A stretch of DNA of 64,000 bases from an uncultured Alphaproteobacteria bacterium. GTDB lineage: Bacteria > Pseudomonadota > Alphaproteobacteria > Rhizobiales > Beijerinckiaceae. Shown here in pieces: positions 1 through 9,810 of the stretch; the first letter of the stretch is position 1; each line of letters begins with the position of its first letter. The stretch is from positions 126,029 through 190,028 of the forward strand of contig CAWHDV010000008.1 in NCBI GenBank assembly GCA_963828185.1, given 5' to 3'. Made by a program: the position numbers and the translations under genes. The notes below the pieces were generated by a model. It ran no database searches, had not been told where the DNA came from, and saw nothing but the letters and a program-made list of their open reading frames with translations.

Positions 1-419
1 ATCGTCCCCTGCGCGATGATCCGGGAGCCCTGGGCGTCACGCAGCTCCACGCCGATTTTTGGCGCGCGGCGATCGAGCAGCGCCAGAACGGCGGCGGCAG
101 GGTCGGGCGATCCGTCAAAAAGCGGACGCAGCACGGCCACGCCGTCGCTTCCCTGCGTCTCCGCCGCCGCGCCCGACAAATCGATAACGAAGGAAGCGGC
201 GCTCGCTGGCCCGGCGTCAAGGTCGACGCGCTGCAGCGGCGAATGGCCCGCGCGATAGGCGAGCCGTTCGAACGCCAGCAGGAGGTCGAGGCCGGCGATC
301 CTCGCGCCGCCCTGCGCGCTCCTGACTACGGTCGCGGCGAAACCTGCCCTTTCGCAGGCATGCTTGACGTGGGCCTGCCAGCGCAAGGCGGCGGGGCCTA
401 TCAAGAGGTCGACTTGCAT
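1..419 (-). CDS. Hypothetical protein, N-terminal part only (runs off the window start)
   Basis: Open frame from ATG at 419 (MQVDLLIGPAALRWQAHVKHACERAGF...) with no stop before position 1; protein-like composition. Not in the ORF track because it is truncated. Confidence 0.55.
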   Translation of the reverse strand, partial: MQVDLLIGPAALRWQAHVKHACERAGFAATVVRSAQGGARIAGLDLLLAFERLAYRAGHSPLQRVDLDAGPASAASFVIDLSGAAAETQGSDGVAVLRPLFDGSPDPAAAVLALLDRRAPKIGVELRDAQGSRIIAQGT

Positions 420-744
420 GCGCCTGTCCCGCCTGGCTCCCGATGGGGGCTAACCCCGCAAGTTTGCGCTGCTTTCGTCGTCTTGCCAAGCTGATGCGGC
501 GGCGCGGCTTTGCGCCGGGGATGGAGCCGTCGCCCGTTGCACGCCTATTGTCGAGGCCATGAATGGCGGCATACGCCTGACTACGGCCAATGGAGGTGAG
601 CGACGCCGCAAGAGGGATGTAGGATCGGCAGTAGCGCAATTGGCGTTTATTTCGAACGCTTTGCGCGAGGCGGCGCCGATGCGGCGCTTCGGCATTGGGC
701 GCGGCAAACCCGCCGGCGCTCAGCCGGCGCGAACAAGTGGCGAA

Positions 745-1566
745 TTACGCAACCCCTTGCGGCTTCAACTCATGCGTCACCACCTCGAAACGCGCGAGCG
801 TGGCTATGCCGAAGGCCGTCGAGATCGCCACGTCGGCGGCGTCGCGGCCATGTCCCATGACGACCCGGCCGATGCGCGGCTCATTGTGGCGCGCGTCGAA
901 GGTGAACCAGCGCCCGTCGAGATAGACCTCGAACCAGGCGCTGAAATCCATCGGCGCCGGATCGGGCGGCACGCCGATGTCGCCGAGATAGCCGGTGCAA
1001 TAACGCGCCGGGATATTCATGCAGCGGCACAGCGCGATGGCGAGGTGGGCGAAATCGCGGCACACGCCGATGCCCTCCTGCATCGAATCGCTGGCGCAGC
1101 GCGTAGGCCGGGCGTCCGGGTAGCTGAAGCGGATCTTCCCATGAACGAAATCGCAGATGGCCTGCACGCGGCGATAACCGCCGGTTATCTTGCCGAATTT
1201 CTCCCACGCGAAATCGGCCAGTTTGTCGCTGTCGCAATAGCGGCTCGAAACGAGGTAGAGCAGCACCTTGTCGGGAAGGCGCGAGATCGGCGCCAATTCG
1301 GTATCGGGCGGCGTCGCTTCCCGCTCGCCTGAATCGGCGATCGTGAACCGGTTGCTGAAAGTGACCAGCCCAGGCGGAACGACAAGGCGGGTGACGCGAT
1401 TGCCGAAAATATCGAGATAGGCGGTGGCGGGAAGCGAAGGATCGCTGCGGAGCGTGTCCGGCGACCGCAAGTCGCCCTCGCGCGAGGGATGGACATTGAG
1501 CTGGAGCAGCATCGGCGTTTCCGCCGGACACTGGAACGCGATATCGAATCCGGCCTCGATGAGCAT
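745..1566 (-). CDS. Transglutaminase-like family protein
   Basis: Motifs GVCRDFAHL, ARYCTGYLGD, DFSAWFEVYL..W..FDARHN. Start reassigned to MLIEAGF (ATG 1566). Confidence 0.9.
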   Translation of the reverse strand: MLIEAGFDIAFQCPAETPMLLQLNVHPSREGDLRSPDTLRSDPSLPATAYLDIFGNRVTRLVVPPGLVTFSNRFTIADSGEREATPPDTELAPISRLPDKVLLYLVSSRYCDSDKLADFAWEKFGKITGGYRRVQAICDFVHGKIRFSYPDARPTRCASDSMQEGIGVCRDFAHLAIALCRCMNIPARYCTGYLGDIGVPPDPAPMDFSAWFEVYLDGRWFTFDARHNEPRIGRVVMGHGRDAADVAISTAFGIATLARFEVVTHELKPQGVA

Positions 1567-1622
1567 GCGGAGCGCCTTGAACCTGAGCCGCGCGAGGGCG
1601 GCGCCAACCTGTGATGAGCAAG

Positions 1623-1647
1623 AACCATTCTTCGCGCGCAAGGTTCC
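1623..1647 (-). promoter_or_regulatory. Putative EcfG/sigmaT (general stress response) promoter
   Basis: GGAAC-N16-GGTT on the minus strand, about 57 nt upstream of ATG 1566. Confidence 0.6.
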
Positions 1648-1660
1648 AGCGCGCGCCCCG

Positions 1661-2560
1661 TCAGGGCTGTAAATCCTGCTTCTCGGGAAGGCGCCTGACA
1701 TGGACCGAGACCTCCATCGCGTCTTCGTCGCTCGCCTCGCCGTAAAAGGATCCGTGCAGCGGAATGGCCTGCTGCGCTTCGCGCGCGACGGCGACGCGGA
1801 TAAGATCGCGATTGCCGACAATGCCGTTGGTCGGGTCGAATTCGACCCAGCCCGAGCCGGGCAGATAGATCTGCAGCCAGGCGTGCGTCGATCCGCCGCC
1901 GCGATAGGATTCGCCCGTGTCGCGGTCCGGAACATAAAGATATCCCGACACGAAGCGGGCGGCGAAGCCGAGGGCGCGCGCCGCCTCCATCATCAGGGTC
2001 GCGAAATCGCGGCAGGAGCCGCGCCGCAAGGCGAGCGTCTGCAGCGGGCTCTGCGTCCCCCTGGCTGAGCGACGCTGGTAGGACAGGCTCTCCTTGATCG
2101 CATAGTTCATCGTCATCAAAAGCTCGGCCGTTCCGGTCGGATGGCTCGGATTGAGGAAGCGTCGGGCCCACCGCTCCAGTTCGCCGGCCGGATCGGCAAA
2201 ATGCCGCTCGATCGAGCGGGCGAGGTCCGGCATTTCCTCGTTGTCATAGGCGAAGGGATAAGTTCGCGCCCGGTCATCGAGCTGGAATTCGGCGCCCTCG
2301 AAAGGGACATGGTCCAAGGCGATATTGCTTTCGACGCGCAGTTTTCGCGTGACGCCGGTGAAGTCCGCGACGGCGACGCAATTGTCGAACACGTCATGGA
2401 TCCAGCGCAGGCGATGCGGCTTCGGATCGACGGCCAGGCTCGACTTGAGCAGCCGCTGGTCGGCGCTGTCGCGCGGACGCAGCATCATGCGGTGCGCGCC
2501 GAGGCGGACCGGGGCGCCATAGGTGTAGGTCGTCACATGGTTGACGGAAAAGATCGGCAC
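1661..2560 (-). CDS. Transglutaminase family protein with N-terminal domain and intact Cys-His-Asp triad
   Basis: GSCRDFATL, STHAWLQIYLPGSGWVEFDPTN; N-terminal HVTTYTY motif; GTG start at 2560 inferred. Confidence 0.9.
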   Translation of the reverse strand: MPIFSVNHVTTYTYGAPVRLGAHRMMLRPRDSADQRLLKSSLAVDPKPHRLRWIHDVFDNCVAVADFTGVTRKLRVESNIALDHVPFEGAEFQLDDRARTYPFAYDNEEMPDLARSIERHFADPAGELERWARRFLNPSHPTGTAELLMTMNYAIKESLSYQRRSARGTQSPLQTLALRRGSCRDFATLMMEAARALGFAARFVSGYLYVPDRDTGESYRGGGSTHAWLQIYLPGSGWVEFDPTNGIVGNRDLIRVAVAREAQQAIPLHGSFYGEASDEDAMEVSVHVRRLPEKQDLQP

Positions 2561-3137
2561 GCGCACGCCCCGTGGTGACTCCCTGCAAAGGGTATATTGC
2601 GTGTGAATAACCGGAATCAATACGCTTGCTGGCTTGGGCGGGCAGGTCGTCCGCGCCCCGCTGATTTCGTATGGAAATTTCGCGCCGTCGCGCCGGCCGA
2701 AAAAAAGGGAGAAAGTGAAACGATTTCTTTACCATTGCGAGCAAATGCGATTATAACAACTTATGCGTGTATAAAATTCCGAATCAACAGGTTAATGATG
2801 GCTGTCGGCGACAATCTCGAGAAGATGCGGCTCAAGTGGATCAACCTTCAATTCGCGCGGGCCGACCTGAGATACGAGCAGACGCGACTTCTCAAAGCAT
2901 GCCCGATGCGATCCACTTGCGCTGCGCTGAGCGCGGCGCCGGCAGGCGATGATCTACGAAGCTTTTTTCCCTGCGTTGGCTGTAATGTCCGGCCACAGGC
3001 CATGGCTTTACAATAAACGATACGTTTTCTTGCTTGCCGCCGGCTCGAATCGGACACTTTTCCAAGTGTTCGCGGAACCGGCGGCGCGCCCGCAAAATCG
3101 ATGTTCTTAAGCCCAGCGCCCCAAAGTCATTGCCACA

Positions 3138-3206
3138 AAATCAGTGGCCCCAAATCAGTGGCCCCAAATCAGTGGCCCCAAATCAGTGGCCCCAAATCAG
3201 TGTCCC
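3138..3206. repeat. 14-bp tandem repeat (AAATCAGTGGCCCC x4 plus one variant copy) overlapping the emrB-like stop codon
   Basis: Perfect units at 3138, 3152, 3166 and 3180; variant AAATCAGTGTCCC at 3194 contains the stop (TCA 3197-3199). Confidence 0.95.
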
Positions 3207-4807
3207 ATCGTGGCGGGGCCGCCGAGCTTGACCCTGCGAAGCAGGAAGGCGAGCGGAATGGCCGCGAGCGACACCAGCATCAGCGTCCAGAACACGTCCA
3301 GATAGGCCATGAGCGACGCCTGCTGCTGCACCTGCTGGCCGATCCAGGCGATGGCCTGCTGCTTGGCGAGCAACATGGAGCTGCCCTGCGAAGCGAAATA
3401 ATGCGTCACCTGCTGCAGCGTGTCCTGGTAGGAAACTCCCGAGGGGACCAGCGCCTCGTCCAGCCGGCTCTGGTGAAACTGTTCGCGGTGCGCCAGCACA
3501 TTCGAGGCGAGCGAGACGCCGATCGAGCCGCCCGTGTTGCGCGCGGCGTTGAGCAACGCCGAGGCCTGGTCGGTCTGGTTCGGCCTGAGCCCGTCATAGG
3601 ACGCGGCCATGATCGGGATGAAGATCAGCGGCAGGCCGAGGCTGAGCAGCATGCGTGACTTGGCGAAGAACCAGAAGTCGAGATCGCCGGTCAGGTCGGT
3701 CAGGCCAAACATCGACAGCGCGACGATCGCGGCTCCGGCGGCGATCAGGTATTTCGGCTGGACGCGCCGCGACAACTGCCCCGTGACGAACATCATCGCC
3801 ATGGCGACGAGGCCGCCGGGAGAAAGCGCGAGGCCGGCCCAAGTCGCGGTGTAGCCGTAATCCTCCTGCACCAGCTCGGGCAGGAACTGCGTCGTCGCCA
3901 GCAGGATGGCGCCGGTCGAAAGCATCACCAGGAAACAGGCGCCGAACTGACGGCTGACGAGCATTCTGATGTCGATGAGGGGATTGCGGCGCGTCAATTC
4001 CCACGGGATCATCAGCAGGAAGGCGCTGACGGAGAGGATGGTGAAATCGACGATGAAGCGCGATCCGAACCAGTCGTCCACCTGGCCGCGATCCATTATG
4101 ACCTCGAGCGCGCCAAGGAAGGCCGCGATGAGCAGGAAACCGGTGAGGTCGAAGCGAACTTCGCTTTCCGTCTTCGTCTCCTTCACCAGGACGAAGATCA
4201 GCGCCATCGACACGAGGCCGACCGGCCCGTTGATGAGAAAGCACCAGTGCCAGGACAGGTTGTCGGACAGCCAGCCGCCGAGCGTCGGACCGATGACGGG
4301 CGCGACGACCACGGCGAGGCCAAACAGCGCGAAAGCCTGGCCGCGCTTGGCCGGCGGGAAACTGTCGGCGAGGATGGATTGGGCGACCGGCACCATGCCG
4401 CCGCCGGCAAAGCCTTGCAGCAGCCTGAACAGCAGCAGCGACTGGAGATTCCAGGCGAAGCCGCACAGCACCGAGCTCGCGGTGAAGAGACCGAGGCAGA
4501 AGAGGAAGAACGTCTTGCGCCCGAATTTCTTGGCCAGAAAACCCGTCGCCGTGACGATGATGGCGTTGGCGACGAGGTAGGTGGTCACCACCCAGGACGA
4601 CTGGTCCTCGCTGACGCCGAGGCTGCCGGCGATATAGCGCAGCGCCACATTGGCGATGGTTGTGTCGAGGATTTCCATGAACGAGGCCAGCGCCACCACC
4701 ATGGCGATCAGCCAGGGATTGACGCCGTCGGCCAGAATGCTCGGGTTCTGCGCAGCAGGGTTTGGCGGCGCGGCTATGGCGCGGGAATCGGAGCCGGCGG
4801 CGCTCAT
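3197..4807 (-). CDS. emrB: DHA2-family MFS multidrug efflux permease (EmrB/QacA type)
   Basis: LASFMEILDTTIANVAL, RLLQGFAGG, APVIGPTLGGWL and NAARNTGGSIG motifs; ATG 4807 overlaps the upstream stop (ATGA). Confidence 0.9.
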   Translation of the reverse strand: MSAAGSDSRAIAAPPNPAAQNPSILADGVNPWLIAMVVALASFMEILDTTIANVALRYIAGSLGVSEDQSSWVVTTYLVANAIIVTATGFLAKKFGRKTFFLFCLGLFTASSVLCGFAWNLQSLLLFRLLQGFAGGGMVPVAQSILADSFPPAKRGQAFALFGLAVVVAPVIGPTLGGWLSDNLSWHWCFLINGPVGLVSMALIFVLVKETKTESEVRFDLTGFLLIAAFLGALEVIMDRGQVDDWFGSRFIVDFTILSVSAFLLMIPWELTRRNPLIDIRMLVSRQFGACFLVMLSTGAILLATTQFLPELVQEDYGYTATWAGLALSPGGLVAMAMMFVTGQLSRRVQPKYLIAAGAAIVALSMFGLTDLTGDLDFWFFAKSRMLLSLGLPLIFIPIMAASYDGLRPNQTDQASALLNAARNTGGSIGVSLASNVLAHREQFHQSRLDEALVPSGVSYQDTLQQVTHYFASQGSSMLLAKQQAIAWIGQQVQQQASLMAYLDVFWTLMLVSLAAIPLAFLLRRVKLGGPATMGH

Positions 4808-6141
4808 GGCTTGCTCCAGAGCCGGTCGAACGAGGCGACCAGCCGTTCGTAGATCGAGGGGGCGGGATCGACGCGCACGCTCGGCACGACCGACATGCCC
4901 GGGCCGAGCGCCACATCGCCAGGCGGATTGTCCATGACGATCTTCACCGGCACGCGCTGAACGACCTTGACGTAATTGCCGGTGGCGTTTTGCGCCGGCA
5001 GCAGCGAGAAGGCTGTTCCCGATCCAGGTTGCACGCTGGCGACATGGCCCTTGATATCGCGTTCCGGATAGGCGTCGATGCTCAATGTCACGGGCTCGCC
5101 CGGCCGCATGGCGTCGAGATCGTTCTCCTTGAAATTCGCGGTGACCCAGATTTCGTCGGGGACGAACATTGCGAGGTTTGTTCCCGTCTGCGCATATTCG
5201 CCGGGCTCGGCCGTAAGCTGGACGACGCGTCCGGGCTCCGCCGCGATCACCTTGGTATAGGAGAGATTGAGCTGGGCCTGTTCGCGCTGGGCCGAGGCCT
5301 GCGCCAGGCTCGCCTGGGCGCTCGCGGCCTGCGCCTTGAGGCTGTCGATCTGGCGCTGGGCGACGACCGCCGCGGCTTCCGCGCTCTTGACCGCCGCCTG
5401 CTGCTGATCGAGCTGCGAACCATATTGCTGGGCGTTCTGCACCGAGCCCGCGCCCTTGCGCGCCAGTTCCTGGTAGCGCGCCGCCTGCTGCTGGGCGAAG
5501 GCCAACGCCGCCTTGGCCTGATCGACCTGGGCCTGGCTCGCCTCGATCTGCGCGCGCTGCACCGCGGTCTGCGCGTCGATATTCTTGACACTGGCCTGGG
5601 CGGCGGCAACTTGCGCATCCGCCTGGTCGAGCGCTACGCGGTAATCGCGGTCGTCGATGCGGGCGAGCAGGGCGCCCTTGGCGACATGCTGGTTGTCTGT
5701 CACGGATACGGACGTCACATAACCCGCGACCTTCGGCGCCACGGCGTACTGGCGCGAGGCGATGAAAGCGTCGTCGGTCGACTCGAAATGGCTGGCGTAA
5801 TCCCACCAGACGTAGCCGGCGCCGAGCGCCGCCGCCACGATCAGCGCGCCAAGCGCCGACGCGAGGGGACGGCGGCGAAGAAAGCCCTTGTTCGCCTTGC
5901 CGCTTTCGGCGACGTCTCGCAATTCCCCTTGTTCGACGGGCGCCTCGAGCTTTGGCTCTTCGCGAGCGGGGCGCTCCGCCTTCGCCGGCGCCAAGTCGCT
6001 CGCCAGGCCGGTTACGACGTCGCGCTCCGACCGTTCGCGCGCGGGCTCCCGCTCGGCGCGCGGGCTCGCGGAGGCGGCGATCTGGCTTTCGATTTCCAGG
6101 CGCTCGGCGTCGCCCCGGTCTTCGCTGCGATCTTTCAACAT
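4804..6141 (-). CDS. emrA: HlyD/EmrA-family efflux membrane fusion protein
   Basis: STDDAFI..VAPKVAGYV and GTAFSLLPAQNATGNYVKVVQRVPVKI; GGAG SD before ATG 6141. Confidence 0.92.
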   Translation of the reverse strand: MLKDRSEDRGDAERLEIESQIAASASPRAEREPARERSERDVVTGLASDLAPAKAERPAREEPKLEAPVEQGELRDVAESGKANKGFLRRRPLASALGALIVAAALGAGYVWWDYASHFESTDDAFIASRQYAVAPKVAGYVTSVSVTDNQHVAKGALLARIDDRDYRVALDQADAQVAAAQASVKNIDAQTAVQRAQIEASQAQVDQAKAALAFAQQQAARYQELARKGAGSVQNAQQYGSQLDQQQAAVKSAEAAAVVAQRQIDSLKAQAASAQASLAQASAQREQAQLNLSYTKVIAAEPGRVVQLTAEPGEYAQTGTNLAMFVPDEIWVTANFKENDLDAMRPGEPVTLSIDAYPERDIKGHVASVQPGSGTAFSLLPAQNATGNYVKVVQRVPVKIVMDNPPGDVALGPGMSVVPSVRVDPAPSIYERLVASFDRLWSKP

Positions 6142-6188
6142 GACGCTTCTCCACACTGGGCGCCCGCCCGCCGGCCAAGCTGGCGGTG

Positions 6189-6268
6189 AAACGAAACGGT
6201 ACTGTTTTGTTTATTACGCCGCATGAGAGCTTGAGTCAATAACGAAACGATACGGTAACGTTTTCTTT
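6189..6268. promoter_or_regulatory. Two 24-bp imperfect palindromes, probable TetR operators in the divergent emrA/tetR promoter
   Basis: 6189-6212 AAACGAAACGGTACTGTTTTGTTT (20/24 self-complementary) and 6245-6268 AAACGATACGGTAACGTTTTCTTT (20/24 identical to the first). Confidence 0.7.
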
Positions 6269-6328
6269 ACAAGAAGGGGTGGTTGCGCTATCTAAGAGGC
6301 AGGGACGACGTCACAGGGAGACGGCGAC

Positions 6329-7069
6329 ATGACGACGGACATCGAAGACAAACCTGCGGCGACAGGAAAGGCCGCCGCGACGCGCGGACGCATTCGCTGC
6401 GGCCGGCCGTCGAACGAGCGCGCGGGCGAAGTCGAGGAGCGCATCCTCGAGGCGGCCGGCAAGGTTTTCCTCGAACGCGGATTCGACGGCGCGAGCATCG
6501 AACTGATCGCGGAAACCGCTCGCTCCGGCAAGCCGACGATCTATTCCCGCTTTCCCAACAAGGAGGCGCTGTTCGCCGCGGCCCTCGCGCATCGAATCTC
6601 CGTCAAGAATGCGCGCGTGGGAAGCCAGAAGCCTTCCGGCGCGACCATCGAGCAGCGGTTGGCGAGCATTGGCGTCGCCGTCATTCGCGAGACGCTGACG
6701 GAAGAGTTCATTGGTTTGTTTCGCCTCGCCATCGCCGAGGCGCATCGTTTTCCCGATCTCGTCGCCAGCCTGACCCGGATGGCGCGAGAGCGCGGAACCG
6801 GCACCGTGGCGAAGCTGCTGGCCGATGTGGCGGAATGCGGCGAATTCGGGACCACTGCTTCGGAAGGCCAGGAGCGCTGCGCTATCGCGGCGCGGATCTT
6901 CTCGGATCTGATCCTGTTGCCCATGCTCATGCGCGCCCTGTATGGCGACAGCCTGAAAACGCTGCACGCGGAAAGCGACGCCCATGTCGCGCAAAGAATC
7001 GCCTTCTTCCTCGCCGCCTGCAGGAACGGCGGTTTGCGCGCTTCGTCGCCGCTGGTCAGGAATGCCTGA
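6329..7069 (+). CDS. TetR/AcrR-family transcriptional regulator
   Basis: [48 protein letters not shown] helix-turn-helix; divergent from the efflux pair. Confidence 0.92.
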   Translation: MTTDIEDKPAATGKAAATRGRIRCGRPSNERAGEVEERILEAAGKVFLERGFDGASIELIAETARSGKPTIYSRFPNKEALFAAALAHRISVKNARVGSQKPSGATIEQRLASIGVAVIRETLTEEFIGLFRLAIAEAHRFPDLVASLTRMARERGTGTVAKLLADVAECGEFGTTASEGQERCAIAARIFSDLILLPMLMRALYGDSLKTLHAESDAHVAQRIAFFLAACRNGGLRASSPLVRNA

Positions 7070-7841
7070 AATTCGGCGGCCGTTTTTCGACGAAGGCGCG
7101 CATGCCTTCCTTTTGATCTTGCGTCGCGAACAGTGCGTGGAAGGCGCGCCGCTCGAACAACAGCCCCTCGGCGAGGGAAACTTCGAGCGCCCGGTTCACG
7201 GCTTCCTTGGCGGCGATCAGCGAAGGCTTGCCAAAGCGGGCGACGGTTTTCGCCACCTCCATCACCTCGTCCAAAAACGTTCCGGCGGCGACGACGCGTG
7301 ACACGAAGCCGGCTTTTTCGGCTTCAGCGGCGTCGATCATGCGTCCGGTGAGAATGAGATCCATCGCCTTGTATTTGCCAATGGCGCGGGTGAGGCGCTG
7401 CGAGCCGCCAATGGCGGGGATCACGCCGAGCTTGATCTCGGGCTGGCCGAACTTCGCCGTCTCCGAGGCGATGATCAGGTCGCACATCAGGGCGAGTTCG
7501 CAGCCGCCGCCGAGCGCAAAACCCGATACCGCGGCGATCAGCGGCGTGCGGCACCTGGCGACCGCGTCCCAGCCGGCGAACCAGTCGAGCATCAGCATTT
7601 CAGGCGCCGAGCGTTCGACCATTTCCTTGATGTCCGCCCCGGCCGCGAAGGCTTTCTCGGAGCCTGTGATGACGATGGCGCCGACGCCCTCATCCGCGTC
7701 GAGCGCCACAATCTTTTCCGCCATCGCGCGCATCACCGCGCTGTTGAGGGCGTTCAGCGCCTTCGGCCGATTGAGGCGCAAGGTGGCGACCCGGCCCGCG
7801 CGTTCTTCGACAACCACCGCGTCTTGCGTATTTTCCGACAT
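7056..7841 (-). CDS. Enoyl-CoA hydratase (crotonase)
   Basis: [46 protein letters not shown]. Confidence 0.95.
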   Translation of the reverse strand: MSENTQDAVVVEERAGRVATLRLNRPKALNALNSAVMRAMAEKIVALDADEGVGAIVITGSEKAFAAGADIKEMVERSAPEMLMLDWFAGWDAVARCRTPLIAAVSGFALGGGCELALMCDLIIASETAKFGQPEIKLGVIPAIGGSQRLTRAIGKYKAMDLILTGRMIDAAEAEKAGFVSRVVAAGTFLDEVMEVAKTVARFGKPSLIAAKEAVNRALEVSLAEGLLFERRAFHALFATQDQKEGMRAFVEKRPPNFRHS

Positions 7842-7857
7842 CGAAAAAGTCCTTTGA

Positions 7858-8746
7858 TCAAACGCGGGTCATCGCCGCCAGCCAGGGCAGGACGCCGGAA
7901 AAATCCTTGTCCGCCCCGCCTTCGCTGACGAAGCGAGCGTAAAGTTCGGCGGCGCGCCTGCCAAGCGGCGTTTCTGCTCCGACGCCTGTCGCCGCTTCCT
8001 GGCTCAGGTTCAGGTCCTTGAGCATCAAGGGCGCGGCAAAGCCGGGCGCATAATTGTTGTCCGACGGCGATTTGGGGCCGACGCCGGGCGCCGGGCAATA
8101 GGTGTTGATCGACCAGCACTGGCCGGACGAGGTGGAGACCACGTCGAACATCGCCTGCCGGTCGAGTCCGAGCTTGTCGGCCAGAGAGAAGGCTTCGCAC
8201 ACGCCGATCATGGAAATGCCGAGCACCATGTTGTTGCAGATTTTCGCTGCCTGGCCCGCGCCGGCGTCGCCGCAATGGACGAGGTTCTTGCCCATGGCCG
8301 AGAGGGCGGGGCGAGCCGCCTCGAAAGCATCCTCGGCGCCGCCGGCCATGAAGGTCAGGGTGGCGGCCGAAGCGCCGCCCACGCCGCCCGACACCGGGGC
8401 GTCCACCGAATTGAGCCCGGCCCTGGCCGCCGTCCCGTGCGCGGCGCGCGCGCTGGCGACATCGACCGTCGAACAGTCGATCAGCAAGGCGCCGGCTTTG
8501 GCCGCCGGGATGACCTCGTCATAGACCTTGCGCAGGATGGCGCCGCTGGGCAGCATGGTGACGACAGCGTCCGCGTCCCGGACAGCCTCCTTTATGCTCG
8601 GACGCCATGGCGACGCCCGTGGACGCGGCGGCGGCGACTGCGCCTGCGGCGGTGTCGAATCCGCGCACCAAAAAACCCGCCTTGGCCAGGTTGCCGGCCA
8701 TGGGCAGGCCCATATTGCCAAGGCCGATGAAAGCGATCGTCTTCAT
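7858..8746 (-). CDS. mmsB: 3-hydroxyisobutyrate dehydrogenase, split by a +1 frameshift at about 8600
   Basis: N-terminus [10 protein letters not shown] (ORF 8519..8746) and body DAPVSGG, AKICNNM (ORF 7858..8721). Removing one base of the GG at 8600-8601 restores a 295-aa ORF. Confidence 0.9.
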
Positions 8747-9810
8747 GCTGCGTCCCCCCGCGTTTCGAATTTGAGCTCATCCGCCCCGAGCGGGCTCAAC
8801 AGCGCGCTGACCCGGTTCCATTCGAGATCTTCGAGCCGGGACGGCCGCCATTGCGGCTTGCGGTCCTTGTCGATGACCGCCGCGCGTATGCCTTCGAGGA
8901 ATTCCGCGCTCTCCTGGCAGCGGTAGGTGTAGCGGTATTCGAGAGCCAGGCATTCCTCGATCGAATTCGCGCAGCGGGCGCGGCGAATGGCCTCGAACGC
9001 CACCGCGACCGACAAGGGGGAATTACGGCGGATGGCCTTTGCGGTAGAGGACGCGAAGTCTGTCTCGCTCGCCTCGATGGTTTTGATGCTTGCGAGCGCG
9101 TCCGGCGTGGCGAAGAGCCTGTCGATTTCGTCGCCGCGATGCGAAAGCTCGCTCGCGGGCGGCGTCTCGCACAAGCCGTCGATGGTCTCGGGAGCGCCGG
9201 TTTTGCACAGCGCCGCAATCGCCTCGGCCTTCCTTGCGCTTGGCATGTAGCGGTCGGCGAAGCCGGCGTGAACAGCGTCGCCGGGTCCCATGCGCGAGGC
9301 GGTCGCCGCCAGATATTCGCCGCATCGTCCGGGAGCGCGCGACAGAAGGTAGGTGCCCCCGACATCGGGGATGAGGCCGATGCCGGTTTCCGGCATGGCG
9401 ACCATCGAGCGCTCGGTGACGACGCGATGCGACCCGTGCGCCGAGACGCCGACGCCGCCGCCCATGACGATGCCGTCCATGAAGGCGACATAGGGCTTGG
9501 CGTAGCGATGGATTTTTGCGTTCAGCCGGTATTCGTCGGCCCAGAATTTCCGGCCGTAATCGTAATCGCCATTGCGGCCTTCACGATAAAGCTCGGCGAT
9601 GTCGCCGCCGGCGCAAAACGCCTTTTCGCCCGTAGCGTCGACGACGATGACATGGACGCTCGAATCGCCGGCCCAGGCGTCGAGCGCCTTTTCGATTTCG
9701 AGCGCCATCGGCCAGGTCAGCGCGTTGAGCGCGCCGGGCCGGTTGAGCGTGATGCGTCCGGCGCGACCCTGTTTGCGGATGAGGACATCCTCGCTCACAT
9801 CTCCGTTCAT
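8743..9810 (-). CDS. 3-hydroxyisobutyryl-CoA hydrolase-like enoyl-CoA hydratase/isomerase
   Basis: AFCAGGDI, DGIVMGGGVG, AMPETGIGLIPDVG, EGIRAAVIDKDRKPQW. Confidence 0.9.
   Translation of the reverse strand: MNGDVSEDVLIRKQGRAGRITLNRPGALNALTWPMALEIEKALDAWAGDSSVHVIVVDATGEKAFCAGGDIAELYREGRNGDYDYGRKFWADEYRLNAKIHRYAKPYVAFMDGIVMGGGVGVSAHGSHRVVTERSMVAMPETGIGLIPDVGGTYLLSRAPGRCGEYLAATASRMGPGDAVHAGFADRYMPSARKAEAIAALCKTGAPETIDGLCETPPASELSHRGDEIDRLFATPDALASIKTIEASETDFASSTAKAIRRNSPLSVAVAFEAIRRARCANSIEECLALEYRYTYRCQESAEFLEGIRAAVIDKDRKPQWRPSRLEDLEWNRVSALLSPLGADELKFETRGDAA

Noticed and set aside
3138-3206. Possible CRISPR array
   Set aside because: The 14-bp units are contiguous with no spacers, and there are no cas genes.
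3197-6178. 993-aa ORF suggesting an EmrA-EmrB fusion
   Set aside because: Its first about 455 codons are an alternative frame over emrA with Arg/Gly-rich nonsense; the real permease starts at 4807 by ATGA coupling.
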